Source: Camelus dromedarius
Lineage: Eukaryota
Length of the DNA stretch: 64,000 bases
Reading direction: 5' to 3'
Assembly: GCF_036321535.1 (NCBI RefSeq)
Contig: NC_087447.1
Coordinates: 51,400,001 to 51,464,000 of the forward strand
Shown here: positions 49,126 to 61,830 of the stretch, one piece after another
Layout: each line of letters begins with the position of its first letter
How positions within the stretch are numbered: position 1 is the stretch's first letter
The notes under the pieces: generated by a model
What the model saw: only the letters and a program-made list of their open reading frames with translations
What the model was told of the DNA's origin: nothing
The model's database searches: none
Made by a program: the position numbers and the translations under genes

Positions 49126-50149
49126 AGACAGTTATATACAGAAAATATTTCAATGGCAAGATTTCTCAAGCAACATAGTTTTGAAAATTAAAAGAATACC
49201 AAAACCCCAACAACTGACCCGAGCACAGGCATGTATTAATTAATTAGTTCATTTCACACACACTTTATCAGGACTTTCTTGTATGCCAGACACCGTCCTT
49301 GACACTACAATTCCTGCTAAAAGAGCTCTTAGTGGGAAAGGCAGCTGGAATCTCAGTTAACCTATACATTTTTACTTATGTCAAAAACGTAAGAAGCTAC
49401 TCTCAAAAGTAGCCTATTCTGAAGTTCTACTTAAGGAAAAGGTGCCTTGCAAGTATCTGACATAAGTTCAACAAGAAAAATAAAATCTCTATCATAGCAA
49501 TTTTCTAGTCATAGGTAAGAGTAACCATATACCTGAAATATACCTAAATGGAAAGAGTAATTAGTAAGTACCTCTTTCTAAGAAATCTACTTTATATTGG
49601 TAATTTAAATAGAAAGGGAAATAAGGCTTTAGTATCAAATAGATTGAGATTCAAATGCAGGCTCTAACAGCAGGGTCATCTTGTTGAGGTCAATCACCTT
49701 TCTGAATTTCAGGATCTTCATTCGTAAAATGGAGGTTTTCGCTGCTAATAAAAGAGATGAGATAAGGAAGATGCCTATCAGATACTCTCTGTGCCATAGC
49801 TAACTTAATATAAATGGAAACCTGAAAATAGTTCTAAAAAGTCACCGCCAGAACCAATTGGAACACAAGTAGAAAATACAAGGAATTAAGAGCTGCTAGG
49901 CTAAGAAGGAGGTATGTGTTCTTCAAGTTATACATAAATATTGTTTCATGACACTTTCGTTTCAGATATATAAAAAAGTCTAAGATTTAAATAAAATTGT
50001 TAGTGATGAATTTGTTTTAATTTTCCATTATTACTTTCTAGGTAATTAACCCTATATTATACCAAATGGCTTGCTTTGTTGTACTCTGTATCCAATATGA
50101 TAGTGAATACAATGGTTACTGCCAGATCTAGAGAAAATTCCCTGACTGT

Positions 50150-51380
50150 TGGATTTAAAAAAATTTTATTGTGGATTTATATCTATAGACACAGGTTTAT
50201 ATATAAATAAACATAAAATTTGCCATTTTAACCATTAAGTAAATAATTCAGTGGCATTAATCACATTCACAGTGTTGTAAACCTATTACCACTTTTTTAT
50301 TTTCGTAAGTTTTTGTTTCTTGTTTTTTTTTCAGTCCAAACAGAAACTCTTTAACCTTTAAGCAGTAACTCCCCATTCTTCTCCCACCCTGCAGCACCTG
50401 GTAACCTCTAATCTACTTTCTGTCTCTATGAATTTGCCTATTCTAGATAGTTCATATAAGTGGAATCATCCAGTATTTGTCTGGCTCCTTTTACCTTGCA
50501 TAATGTTTTCAAGGATGGCCCATGTTGTAGCACATACAAAAAACTTTCCTTTTAGGGATGAAAAATATTCCATTGTATAAATATATCATATTTTGTTTAT
50601 CTATTCATCTACTGATGAACACTTGTGTAGTTTCAACCTTTTGGTTATTATGAATTATGCTGTAATAAACATTGGCATACAAGTATCTGTTTGAGTCTGT
50701 TCTCAATTCTTTTGACTACATAGCTAGGAGTAGAATTGATGGGTCATATGGCAATTCTAAATTTAGCTTTTTGAGGAAATGCCAAACTGTTTTCCACAAC
50801 AGCTGTACCATTTTGTATTCCCATCAGAGTTTCACTATTTCCACAACCTCACCAATACTTACTACTGTCCTTTTTTTTTTTTTAAGTCATCCTAGTAGGA
50901 TAAAGTGATATCTCACTCTGGTTCTGATTTGCATTTCCCCAATGAGTTAAAGATGTTGAGCATCTCTTCATGTGCTAATTATAAATCTTTGTATATCTTT
51001 GGAGAAATGTCTACTCAAATCTTTTGCTCATTTTTAAACTGGGTTGGTCTTTTTGTTGAGTTTTAGGAGTCCCTTATACAGTTGAGGTATCAAGTTTTTA
51101 TGTCATATAATTTGCAAATATTTTCTTCCATTCTGAAGGTTATCTTTTCACTTTCTTTATAATGCCATTTGATGCACAAGTTTTTAATTTACGTATTTTT
51201 TTTCATGTTGCTCACATGCTTTTGGTGTCAGATCTACTGCTAATTCTAAAGTCATAAAGATTCATCTCTATGTTTTATTCTATGAGGTTTATAGTTTCAA
51301 CTTTTATTTACGTTGTTAATCCCTTTTGACTTAATTTTTGCATATGGTTTCGCATAGGGTGTCTACTGCATTTTGCAAGT
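50150..51380 (-). mobile_element. L1 (L1MB-type) 3' fragment in the RSF1 sense orientation
   Basis: aacataaaatttgccattttaacc, ctactttctgtctctatgaatttgcctattctaga and gatgttgagcatctcttcatgtgc. Confidence 0.88.
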
Positions 51381-51459
51381 TGTTAAATCTCAACAAATAT
51401 CTATTTCATACTATAGGCAATAGTCAAAAGAAGTTTCAAAAATACTACAGTAAGTGTTT

Positions 51460-51548
51460 GAGGGGAGGGAAATAGCTCAGTGGTAGAGTGCATACTTAGA
51501 ATGCACAAGGTTTTGGGTTCAATCCCCAGCACTTCTCTTAAAAAAAGG
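51460..51548 (+). mobile_element. tRNA-derived SINE (camelid Vic-1-like), short form
   Basis: atagctcagtggtagagtgcatacttagaatgcacaaggttttgggttcaatcccc. Confidence 0.85.
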
Positions 51549-51794
51549 TCACAATAAGTTCTCAATAAATCTTATATACGCCATTCTTCTCTCATTTTCA
51601 GCTCAGACAAGAATCAAGACACATACACATCATTAACATAATTATATTTTTAATGGATTCCTGAAGCTTTTTATACTTAGGAAACTGTAGAATTTATTTT
51701 TACTCCCCAGGTTTATCTCCTTAGTAGCTAAAGCAATAAGAAATAACTTTAAATGGCTATTTTTATGTAACTTCTTTCAAAACACACTGATATT

Positions 51795-51918
51795 GGGGGG
51801 GAGGGTATCGCTCAGTGGTAGAGTGCGTGCCTAGCATGCTTGCGGTCCTGGGTTCAATCCCCAGTACCGCCATTAAAATAATAATAAATAAATAAACCTG
51901 ATTCTCCCCCAAATAAAA
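51795..51918 (+). mobile_element. tRNA-derived SINE (camelid Vic-1-like)
   Basis: gggagggtatcgctcagtggtagagtgcgtgcctagcatgcttgcggtcctgggttcaatcccc. TSD cacactgata. Confidence 0.9.
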
Positions 51919-52839
51919 ACCACACTGATACTAGAGTTACATGTATGCTTACATGTATGGCTATGAAGAAACAGTACTCCTGAGCATATAACTGAGAAGT
52001 TTTGACAAACACAAGTATGTACACTTGGAAAAAAAAAAACCTGTAGAGAAGCGGGTTTCTGAAATCTACTCAAGGGCACTCTTGCCACAGGAGATCTCCC
52101 AGCCATAATTAAGGCATTACTATTTCCTTCTATCTGGAAAAGCCTTCAGGTGTATTATCATCATAAAACATTCACTGGATCACCTAAAGTTCAGTAGAAA
52201 AGTCAAGAAAATGCATCCCAACATTTCTACAACCACAAATACAAAAATTCGGCCCAAGTTGCTGTCAGTTTCCAAAGGAATGCCAGCCACAGAAAAGAAA
52301 AAAAGTAAAATTTCTGTCATTTCTCTGATAATTTATTATTAACATTTAAACATTTCCTGAGTTTCAACTATTTGATAAATACTATGTTGACAGCATTCAC
52401 ATATAATCCCATGATCAAAAAAGAGGATTAAAGAATTTAAGTAACTAAACTGGCACACCTAGTATTTAGCAGAGTTCAGGTTTTTTTCCATTAGAAATCC
52501 AGTGCTCTTTCTACACCACCACATGCAATTCATTTATAAGGGTAAATTACGGCTGCTTACACATTACTACAGGTAAATAGTACTCTTTAAGGAACATTTT
52601 ACAAAGTTAAAAGTACGTGAAAATGCTTCCCAATATATAAAATATTAAGTATTCATTCTGTGGCATCAGACAACCTATGTTCAAGCCCTGCTTCAGCACC
52701 TACTATTGATGTGACCTTGGGAGTTATTTAATTCTCCATGATCTGGGTTGTATTGTACATTAAATGATAATGTATGTAAAATAGCATAGGATCCAGAATA
52801 TAGTAAGTTCTCAAATATTAGCTCTTACTATTATTATTA

Positions 52840-53490
52840 CATAAGTTTTGGAGCAACTGAAACCTTCATAAACTGCTGATGGAAAAGTTTAAAACAGTAC
52901 AAGCAGCTATGGAAAACAGCTTGGCAGTTCCTCAAAAAATTACCATATGACCCAGTAATTACACTCCTACATATATACAGAAGACAAATGAAAATATATA
53001 GCCAAACAAAAACCTGTATACCAACAGTCATAGCAGCATTATTGCTAATAGCCAAAAAGTGAAAAAAATCTAAATATTATCAATTGATGATGGATAACTA
53101 AAATGTAGTATTGTCCCTACAGTAGGACAGTGTTTGGCTATAAAAAGGAATGGAATACTGATACATGTTATAATACCTTGAAATCATTACGGTAAGTGAA
53201 AGAAGTCAAACACAAAAGGCCACATATTTTACGAGTTCATTTATAAGAAATGTTCAGAAAAGGCAAATCCATAGAGGCAGAAAGTAGGTTGGTGGCTGCC
53301 TGGGGATTTGGACAGGGAGGGGTTGTGACTGGGACTGATTGCTAATGGCTACAGTTTCTTTTTGGGGTGATGGAAATGCTCTGGAATTAGATAGTGGCTA
53401 TGGTTGTACGACATAGTGAATATACTAAAATTCAATTAATACATTTTAATACAGCAAATTTTATGTTGTATGAATTATATCTCAATTAAA
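52840..53490 (+). mobile_element. L1 (L1MB-type) 3' fragment
   Basis: ggaaaacagcttggcagttcctcaaaa..taccatatgacccag...gaattatatctcaattaaa. Confidence 0.88.
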
Positions 53491-53806
53491 AAAGAGAAAT
53501 TAGTATTAATAAGGCAAATAAAAATGAAAGATAACCATCTTAGTTTACTTTTGAAAAATAAACACAGCAATAGAGAAGTATCTAACCCTTGTCAAAATAT
53601 GTCCAAAGTAACAAACGACAAAAGATGAGCCCTTTGACTTGCTAACAGATGACAAGCATTCTAAAGAGTAAAAGCAATGGGCCACACTGATATTGCCATT
53701 TAGATTAAGGGGAACTAGTGCCAAACTTATTCACTTTCCAAAGAGTTTTAAACTTGTTACTAGGGGCCAAGGGAGAGAGAGAGTACCCTTTATCTTCCTT
53801 TTACTT

Positions 53807-53957
53807 AAAAAAAAAATTATTTTTTAAGCTTTTTTTTTTTGGAGTGGGCGGGATAATTAGGTTTAACTTTTTTTTTTTTAATGGAGGTACTGGGGATTGA
53901 ACCCAGGACCTCATGCATACTAAGCATGCACTCTACCACTGTGCTATACCCTCCCCA
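53807..53957 (-). mobile_element. tRNA-derived SINE (camelid Vic-1-like)
   Basis: Antisense SINE head. Perfect 13-bp TSD cttccttttactt at 53794-53806 and 53958-53970. Confidence 0.92.
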
Positions 53958-56900
53958 CTTCCTTTTACTTCTGAGGGATGAATGAGGTCATTTTCCGTTG
54001 AGTGGTGGAGAAACAACCCTAAAGAGATACATTATTTTCTACTGAATGTCATTATACAAGTATTTAGCACCAGAAAATACTCTTTGCTTATTCTAAGAAG
54101 CGTATTTACTTCTGTATTTTAACATTTCTTAAAATAAAGAGCATTTTAAAATCAATGAATATATTCAGTGTGATAGTATTTTTTTTGTTGTTTGAAAAAC
54201 TATCTCTAAATCATTGGTATGGCATGCTAGGAAGAAATCACAAAATCAAAGAAAACCGTAATAATAAATTACCATCTGTCTCCTAGAAGTAATTCTGAGG
54301 TTAAAGGAAATCAATTCGTTTAAAGAATAATTTATTAAAAACTAGCTTTCTCGTTATTTTTCAATGCATTTATATTGTTGCCTTAGGGCAGTAGGCAGGG
54401 CAGTAGGAAAACAGGCAGATTTGTTGAAGGCAGATATCTGTTTATTGACATGGCAGTACTCAGTGCCCAAGGTAAGGTGTCTGAAATTGTTCACATGTTA
54501 TCTAAAGTCATTAACAACCACAGGAAATAATGGAATTTCATGGAAGCATGAGAGTTAACTGGCAGAGAAATTCGTGACTCATCAAACTAAAGGAATGTGA
54601 AGCTCAATAAAGCCAAGGCCTACCCAACTAAACAAGGAGTTATTAACAGGTCTTTGCAGAACTGATAGTTTAAATTTCCACTCATTGGGGTTTTTTATTT
54701 GTACAAGGGTAATTCCACCTTAAAATTAGAGGCTCCGGATCAAGACGGCAGAATAGAAGGACAGGGAGCTCATTTCCTCCCACAAATACATCAAAAATAC
54801 ATCTACAAATGAAACAATTCTCACCGAATACCTGCTGAATACTGGAAGAAGAGCTCATACAACCAAAGATTTAAAAAAGATCAGCACGTTGTAACCGGGT
54901 AAGACTAAAGAAAGAAAAAAAAAGGAATCGGGATGGGACCTGCGCCCCTGGGAAAGGTTCCCTCACCCTGGGAACCCCTTTCAAAGGCAGAGATCAGCTG
55001 GGACAGAAAAGGAGCTCCACAGGCTTAGAGGTAAGTGCAGGAAGCAGACTGTGGCAAGGAGGACAGAGAAAGACCCGCACAGAGGGTCCTGGCCACATCC
55101 CTGCATTCCCCAGCCGGAGACAGGTGTCGACTGGTGTGTGCTGGATGGCTGCTGAAACCTGAGCTTTAGTGGACAGATCCAGGGAAAGTACTGGGGTTGG
55201 CTGTGCAGAGACAGCCTGAAGGGGCTGAAGTGTGGTCCTAGCCACAACCAGAGGTATGTACAGGAAGGAGTCTGGGTCCGCGCCACTGAAGCTTCACTTC
55301 ACAGTTCACTTGCACAGGAAGGAAGCAGCCTCATTCTCCATGGCCTCATACAGGGTGCAGCCCCAACTCTACGAGCTCTGGGAGTGTTCAAGAACCCGAG
55401 GGTTACCCACATAGGCAGGCAGAGCTGAAATGCGAGCCCATCCACAGGGGTCACGTGACTTGGGAAGCACAGCTGAAATATGAGCAGTGTCTCAGAGGCT
55501 ATTTGATCTGCAGATTTCAGCCACTGCCAGCGGCTCAGTGCCTGCAGGATATCCGAGCAGATTATTGGTGCTCCTGTGGCTGGGACAGGTCCTGAGGGTT
55601 TTGTGAGCACATGCATGCAGAGGTGGGGCCAGGATCTGGGCTGATTCCTTAGCCCCCACAGCGGGTCCAGGTGCACGACTATGGTGTTCCTGGTGTATAG
55701 CACCTGAGGGACACATGGGCTCATTGCCTGCATTTCCTTGGTTAATGTGGGGCCAAGGGCAGTGCAAACAACAGTTTACTTTGTGAACCCACACAATGGG
55801 TGACAAGCAACACAACAGAGCATACAGTTTCTTTTTGGGGTGATGGAAATGTTCTGGAATTAGACAGTGGTTATGGTTGTACAACATACTGAATAAACTA
55901 AAATAGCTCCTGCAGAGGAATGAATACTCAGTGGCTCCTCTCCCAGCAGAAACACTATTTCTGTCTACCTCACACTGCAGTTCAAACATGGATCTGGTGA
56001 CATCTACCCAAACAAACAGCAGCAGACCCTGCTCCTGAAAGGACTATAACTACCACAGAACAAAGAGGAGACCCCACTCAACATCCAGTGCAGGCTCTGG
56101 TCACTACAACAGAAAACACACCCTTATCAAGGCCAACACACACCGAGGAAAGACTTAGCAGATATCCATTCTAAAAACAGCCCTCTCAATGAAAATATTA
56201 GACTCACACAGGTTACACAAGTACACTCCCACGTAAAAACAACCCTTCAAGAACACAGGAGGTAACTGTTTCTCCTAAACTCAGAGTCAGAGAAATGAAA
56301 GTAAAATGAAGCAGAGGAATCACTCTGAAGATCAAGAGAATTCCCTGGAAAGAACAAGCAATCAAACAGACCTCTCCAGTCTACTAGAACCCAAGTTCAA
56401 AAAGGAAGTAATAAAAATACTGAAGGAATTAAGAAAGTTTATTGATAGAAATGCAGATTATTGTAAAAAGGAACTAGAAACTATAAAAAGGAGTAAATTA
56501 AAATTTAAAAACTCATTTGCCAAAACAAAAGATGAGGTAAAGGCAATAAACAGCAAACTGGATTATGCAGAAGAATGAATAAGTTATCTGGGAGATAGAA
56601 TAATGGAAATCACGAAGGAAGGAAGGAAAAGGAAGGAAGGATCTACACAAGATCTATGGGATAATATAAAGCACCCTAATCTACATATAATAAGGATCCT
56701 AGAAGAAGAGAAAAGGGGATTGGAAATGTATTTAAAGAAATTATGGCTGAAAACTTTCCAACCCTAAAAAAGGAAAGATATCTAGGTACAGAAAGCACAG
56801 AGGTCTCTAACAAGATGAACAGACCCATACCAAGACATATTATAATTAAAATGGCAAAAGTTAAATATAAAGAGAGGATTCTAAAGGCAGCAAGAGAAAA

Positions 56901-58500
56901 ACAAAGAGTTAATTACAAGGGAACCCCCATAAAGGTTACCAGCCGATGAGAGAAATACTGCAGACCAGGAGGGATTGGCAAGATATAGCCAAAGTCCTGA
57001 AAGGGAAAACCTGCAATCTAGGATACTCTATCCAGCAAGATTATCATTTAGAATACAAGGAGAGAGAAAGAATTTTTCCAACAAGCAGAACTGAAAGAAT
57101 ACCACAATACTAAATCTATCCTAAAATACTGAAAGGTCTTCCCTATATAGAAAAGAAGCAAGAATCTATAGGAAAGAGAACCACAACTGGAAAGTAAATC
57201 ACTTAAATAAGCCAGTACACAGATTAAAAAAAAATCAAATAAAAATTTTGGTGAAAGTGATGATAACTACAATGAACACCAAAAGAGTAAGTATGAAGAG
57301 ACCCACTTTAGGTATAGACTGAACACATATAGATTGAAAGTGAAGGGATGGAAAAAGATTTTTCATGCAAATGGAAATGAAAAAGTGGGGTAGTGATACT
57401 CCTATTAGACAAAATAGACTTTAAAACAAAGGTCATAAAAAAGATGGAGATCACTGTATAATGATAAAATGATCTATACAAGAAAAGGATGTTACACTCA
57501 TCAACATATATGCATCCAATACAGAAACACCAAAATACATAAAACAAATAATAACAAACATAAAGGGATAAATTGATGGAAATACAATAATTGTATATTT
57601 TAACACCCCATTAACATCAATGGACAGATCTTCCAGACAGAAAATCAATAAGGAATTAGAAATCCTAAATGACACAATGGAACAGTTTGACTTAATTGAT
57701 ATTTTCAGGACATTACATTAAAAAAAAAAACCCCGATAACCATTCTTTTCACGTGCACATGGAATATTCTCTAGGATAAACTACATATTAGGACACAAAA
57801 CAAGTCTCAATAAATATATGAGGACAAATTATTTCAAGCATCTTTTCTGATCACAACGGCATTAAACTAGAAACCACAGGAAGAGAAATAGAAAATGAAT
57901 GATTACATGGAGACTAAACAACATGCCTCTAAAAAAATCAAAGGGTCACTGAAGAAGTTAAGCAGGAAATTAAAAAATATATTGATACCTATGACAATGA
58001 GAATAACCATACAAAATCTGTAAGATGCAGCAAAAGCAGTCCTTAAAGGGAAGTTCATGGTAAAATAGGACTTCCTCAAAAAACAAGAAAAATTGCAAAC
58101 ACTCAACCTACTACCTAAAAGAATTAGAAAAAGAAGAACAAACAAAACCTAATGTCCTCAGAGATTAAAATAACAATAGAAAAAACCCCAATAAAACCAA
58201 GAGGTGGTTCTTTGAAAGGGTAAACAAAATCTACAAACCTCTGGCTCGAGAAGAAAGGAGAGAGGACCCAAATAAACAAATTAGGAAATGAAAGAGGAGA
58301 AATAACAACCGATACCATAGGTGAAAAAAAAACCAAACCCCATAAGAGAATACCATGAACAATCATATGTCAACAAACTGGACAATCTAGAAGAAATGGA
58401 CAGGTTTCTAGAAACACACAGCCCACCAAAACTGAACCAAGAAATGGATAATCTGAACAGACCAATCACTAGAAGTAAAGTAGAGAGGAATCTGTAATTA

Positions 58501-59070
<570 letters not shown>

Positions 59071-60433
59071 AAAACTCCCTGCAAACAAAAGTTTAGGACC
59101 AAATGGCTTCACTGGGAAACTTAACCAAACACACAAAGAATTCATACCAATCCTTCTCAAAAGCTTCCAAGAGATTGAAAAGGAGGGAACACACCTAAAA
59201 TCATTCACCATTACCCTGATACCAAAAACAGACAAAGACAACACCAAAAAAGAAAACTACAGCTAATATTTTGATAAAAATAGATGCAAAAACTCTCAAA
59301 CAAAATATTAGCAAACTGAATCCAATAACAAATAAGAAAGATCATAGATCATGATAAAGCTGGATTCATCCCAGGGTCACAAGAATGGTTCAACATATGC
59401 AAACCAATCAAGACATATATTCTGAGGAATATAAAATATTAATAAATGAAATGGAAGATGATTCAAAGAAACAGAAAGATATCCCACACACTTGGATAGA
59501 AAGAATTCATCTTATTAAAATGGCCACAGTACCCAAAGCAATCTATGCATTTAATGTAATCCCTATCAAATTAGCCAGGACATTTTTCACATAACTAGTA
59601 CAAATAATCCCAAAATTTATATGGAACCATAGAAGGCCCCAAATTGCCAAAGCAATCTTGAGGAAGAAGAACAAAGCTGGAGGCACAACCTTCTCAGTCT
59701 TCAGATAATACTACAAAGCTACATACTACATTCTACAAAATGCATGGTACTGACACAAAATCTGACATATAGATCAATGGAAAAGAATAGAGAGCCCAGA
59801 AACAAACCCACAGACCTATGGTCAATTAATCTTTGACAAAAGAGGCAAGAAAGTACAATGGAGAAATAAGTCTCTTTAGCAAGTGGTGTTAGGAAAGCTG
59901 GACAGTTGCATGTAAATCAATGAAGTTAGAACACACCCTCACACTGTACACAAAAACAAATTCAAAATGGTTTAAAGGCCTAAATATAAGACATGACACC
60001 ATAAAACCCTTAGAAGTGAACACAGGCAAAACATTCTGTGACATAAATTGGAACAATGTTCTCCTAGGTCAGTTTCCTAAGGCAATACAAATAAAAGCAA
60101 AAATAAACAAATGGGACCTCACCAAACTTACAAGCTTTTGCACAGCAAACCATGAATAAAATGAAAAGGCAAGCTAGAAAACTGGAGAAAATATTCGCAA
60201 ATGATGCAACAGACAACAGCTTAACTTCCAAAAATACAAATAGCTCATACAATTAGAAAAAAACAATCCAATCAAAAAATGGGCAGAAAGACCTAAATAG
60301 ACATTTCTCCAAAGATACACAAATGGCCAAAAGGCACATGAAAAGATGCTCAACATCAGTAATTACCACAGCAATGCAAATCAAAACTACAGTGAGGTAT
60401 CATCTCACATTGGCCAGAATGGCCATCATTTAA

Positions 60434-60559
60434 TTTTGTTTGTTTGTTTGTTTTGGTGGGGGAGGTAATTGTTGTTCTTTTAATGGAGGTACCGAGGATT
60501 GAATCCAGGACCTCATGCATGCTAAGCACACACTCTACCTCTGAGCTATATCTGCCCCT
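60434..60559 (-). mobile_element. tRNA-derived SINE nested in L1 ORF2
   Basis: Perfect 19-bp TSD cagaatggccatcatttaa at 60415-60433 and 60560-60578. Confidence 0.93.
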
Positions 60560-60874
60560 CAGAATGGCCATCATTTAAAAGTCTACAAATAACAAATGTC
60601 GACGAGGGTATGGAGAAGAGGGAACCCTCCTATACTGTTGTTGGGAATGTAAACTGGTGCATCCACAATGAAAAACAGTATAGAGGTTCCTTAAAAAACT
60701 AAAAATAGACTTGTCATATGATCCAGTAATTCCACTCCTGGGCATATTTCTGGAGAAAACTCTAACTGGAAAAGATACATGCATCCCAATGTTCATAGCA
60801 GCACTATTTACAATAACCAAGACATGGAAGCAACCTTAATATCCATTGACAGATGACTGGATAAAGAAGTTGTG

Positions 60875-60876
<2 letters not shown>

Positions 60877-60911
<35 letters not shown>
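60877..60911. repeat. (AC)n microsatellite inside L1
   Basis: Seen directly. Confidence 0.95.
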
Positions 60912-60913
<2 letters not shown>

Positions 60914-61389
60914 GGAATACTATTCATCCACTTAAAAAAGATGAAATAATGCCATTTGTAGCAACATAGATGGACCTAGAGATTATCATATTAAGTCAGC
61001 CACAGAAAGACAAGTATCATATGATATCACTTATATGTGGAATCTAAAAAAATGGTACAATGAACTCATTTACAAAACAGAAATAGACTCACAGACATAG
61101 AAAATAAATTTATGGTTACCAAAGGGGGCGGGGGTGGCATGGAGGGAGGGGAATAAATTAGGAGTTCACAATTAACATATACACACTATTATATATAAAA
61201 GATAACCAACAAGGGCCTATTGTATAGCACAGGGAACTATATTCAGTATCTTGTAGTAACTTATAATGGAAAAGAATCTGAAAAAGCATACATACATATA
61301 TACATATATAACTGAATCACTTTGCTGTACATCTGAAACACAACACTGTAAATCAACTATACTTCAGTTAAAAAGTAAATTAAAAATTA

Positions 61390-61830
61390 TGCAATAATGC
61401 CATTTGCAGCAAAATGACCTAGAGATTATCATACTAAGTGAAGTCAGAAAAAGAAAGACAAATACGATGATATCACTTCTATGTGGAATGTAAAATATGA
61501 CACTAACTTATTTACCAAAAAGAAGCAGACTCACAGACATAGAAAACAAACTCATGGTTACCAACGGGAAAAGGGACAGGGGAGGGTAAATTAGGTGTTT
61601 GGGATTAGCAGACACAAACTACTATATATAAAATAAACAAGGTCCTACTGTATAGCACAGGGAACTATATTCAATATCACATAATAAACCATAATAGGAA
61701 AGAGTAAGAAAGATGTATGTGTGTATGTGTGTGTGTAATTAACTGAATAACTCTGCTTTATACCAGAAACTAACACAACATTGTAAATCAATTACAGTTC
61801 AATAAAAATTTTTTCTTAAAATGTAAAAAA
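61390..61830 (+). mobile_element. Second L1 3' end in tandem with the long L1
   Basis: aataatgccatttgcagca..gacctagagattatcatact...ttgtaaatcaattacagttcaataaaa repeats 60945-61370 with substantial divergence. Confidence 0.88.

Noticed and set aside
54981..55989. GC-rich stretch with 100-165 aa ORFs suggesting a gene or CpG-island promoter
   Set aside because: It is the L1 5' UTR. The ORFs are chance frames, and one runs through the templated insert.
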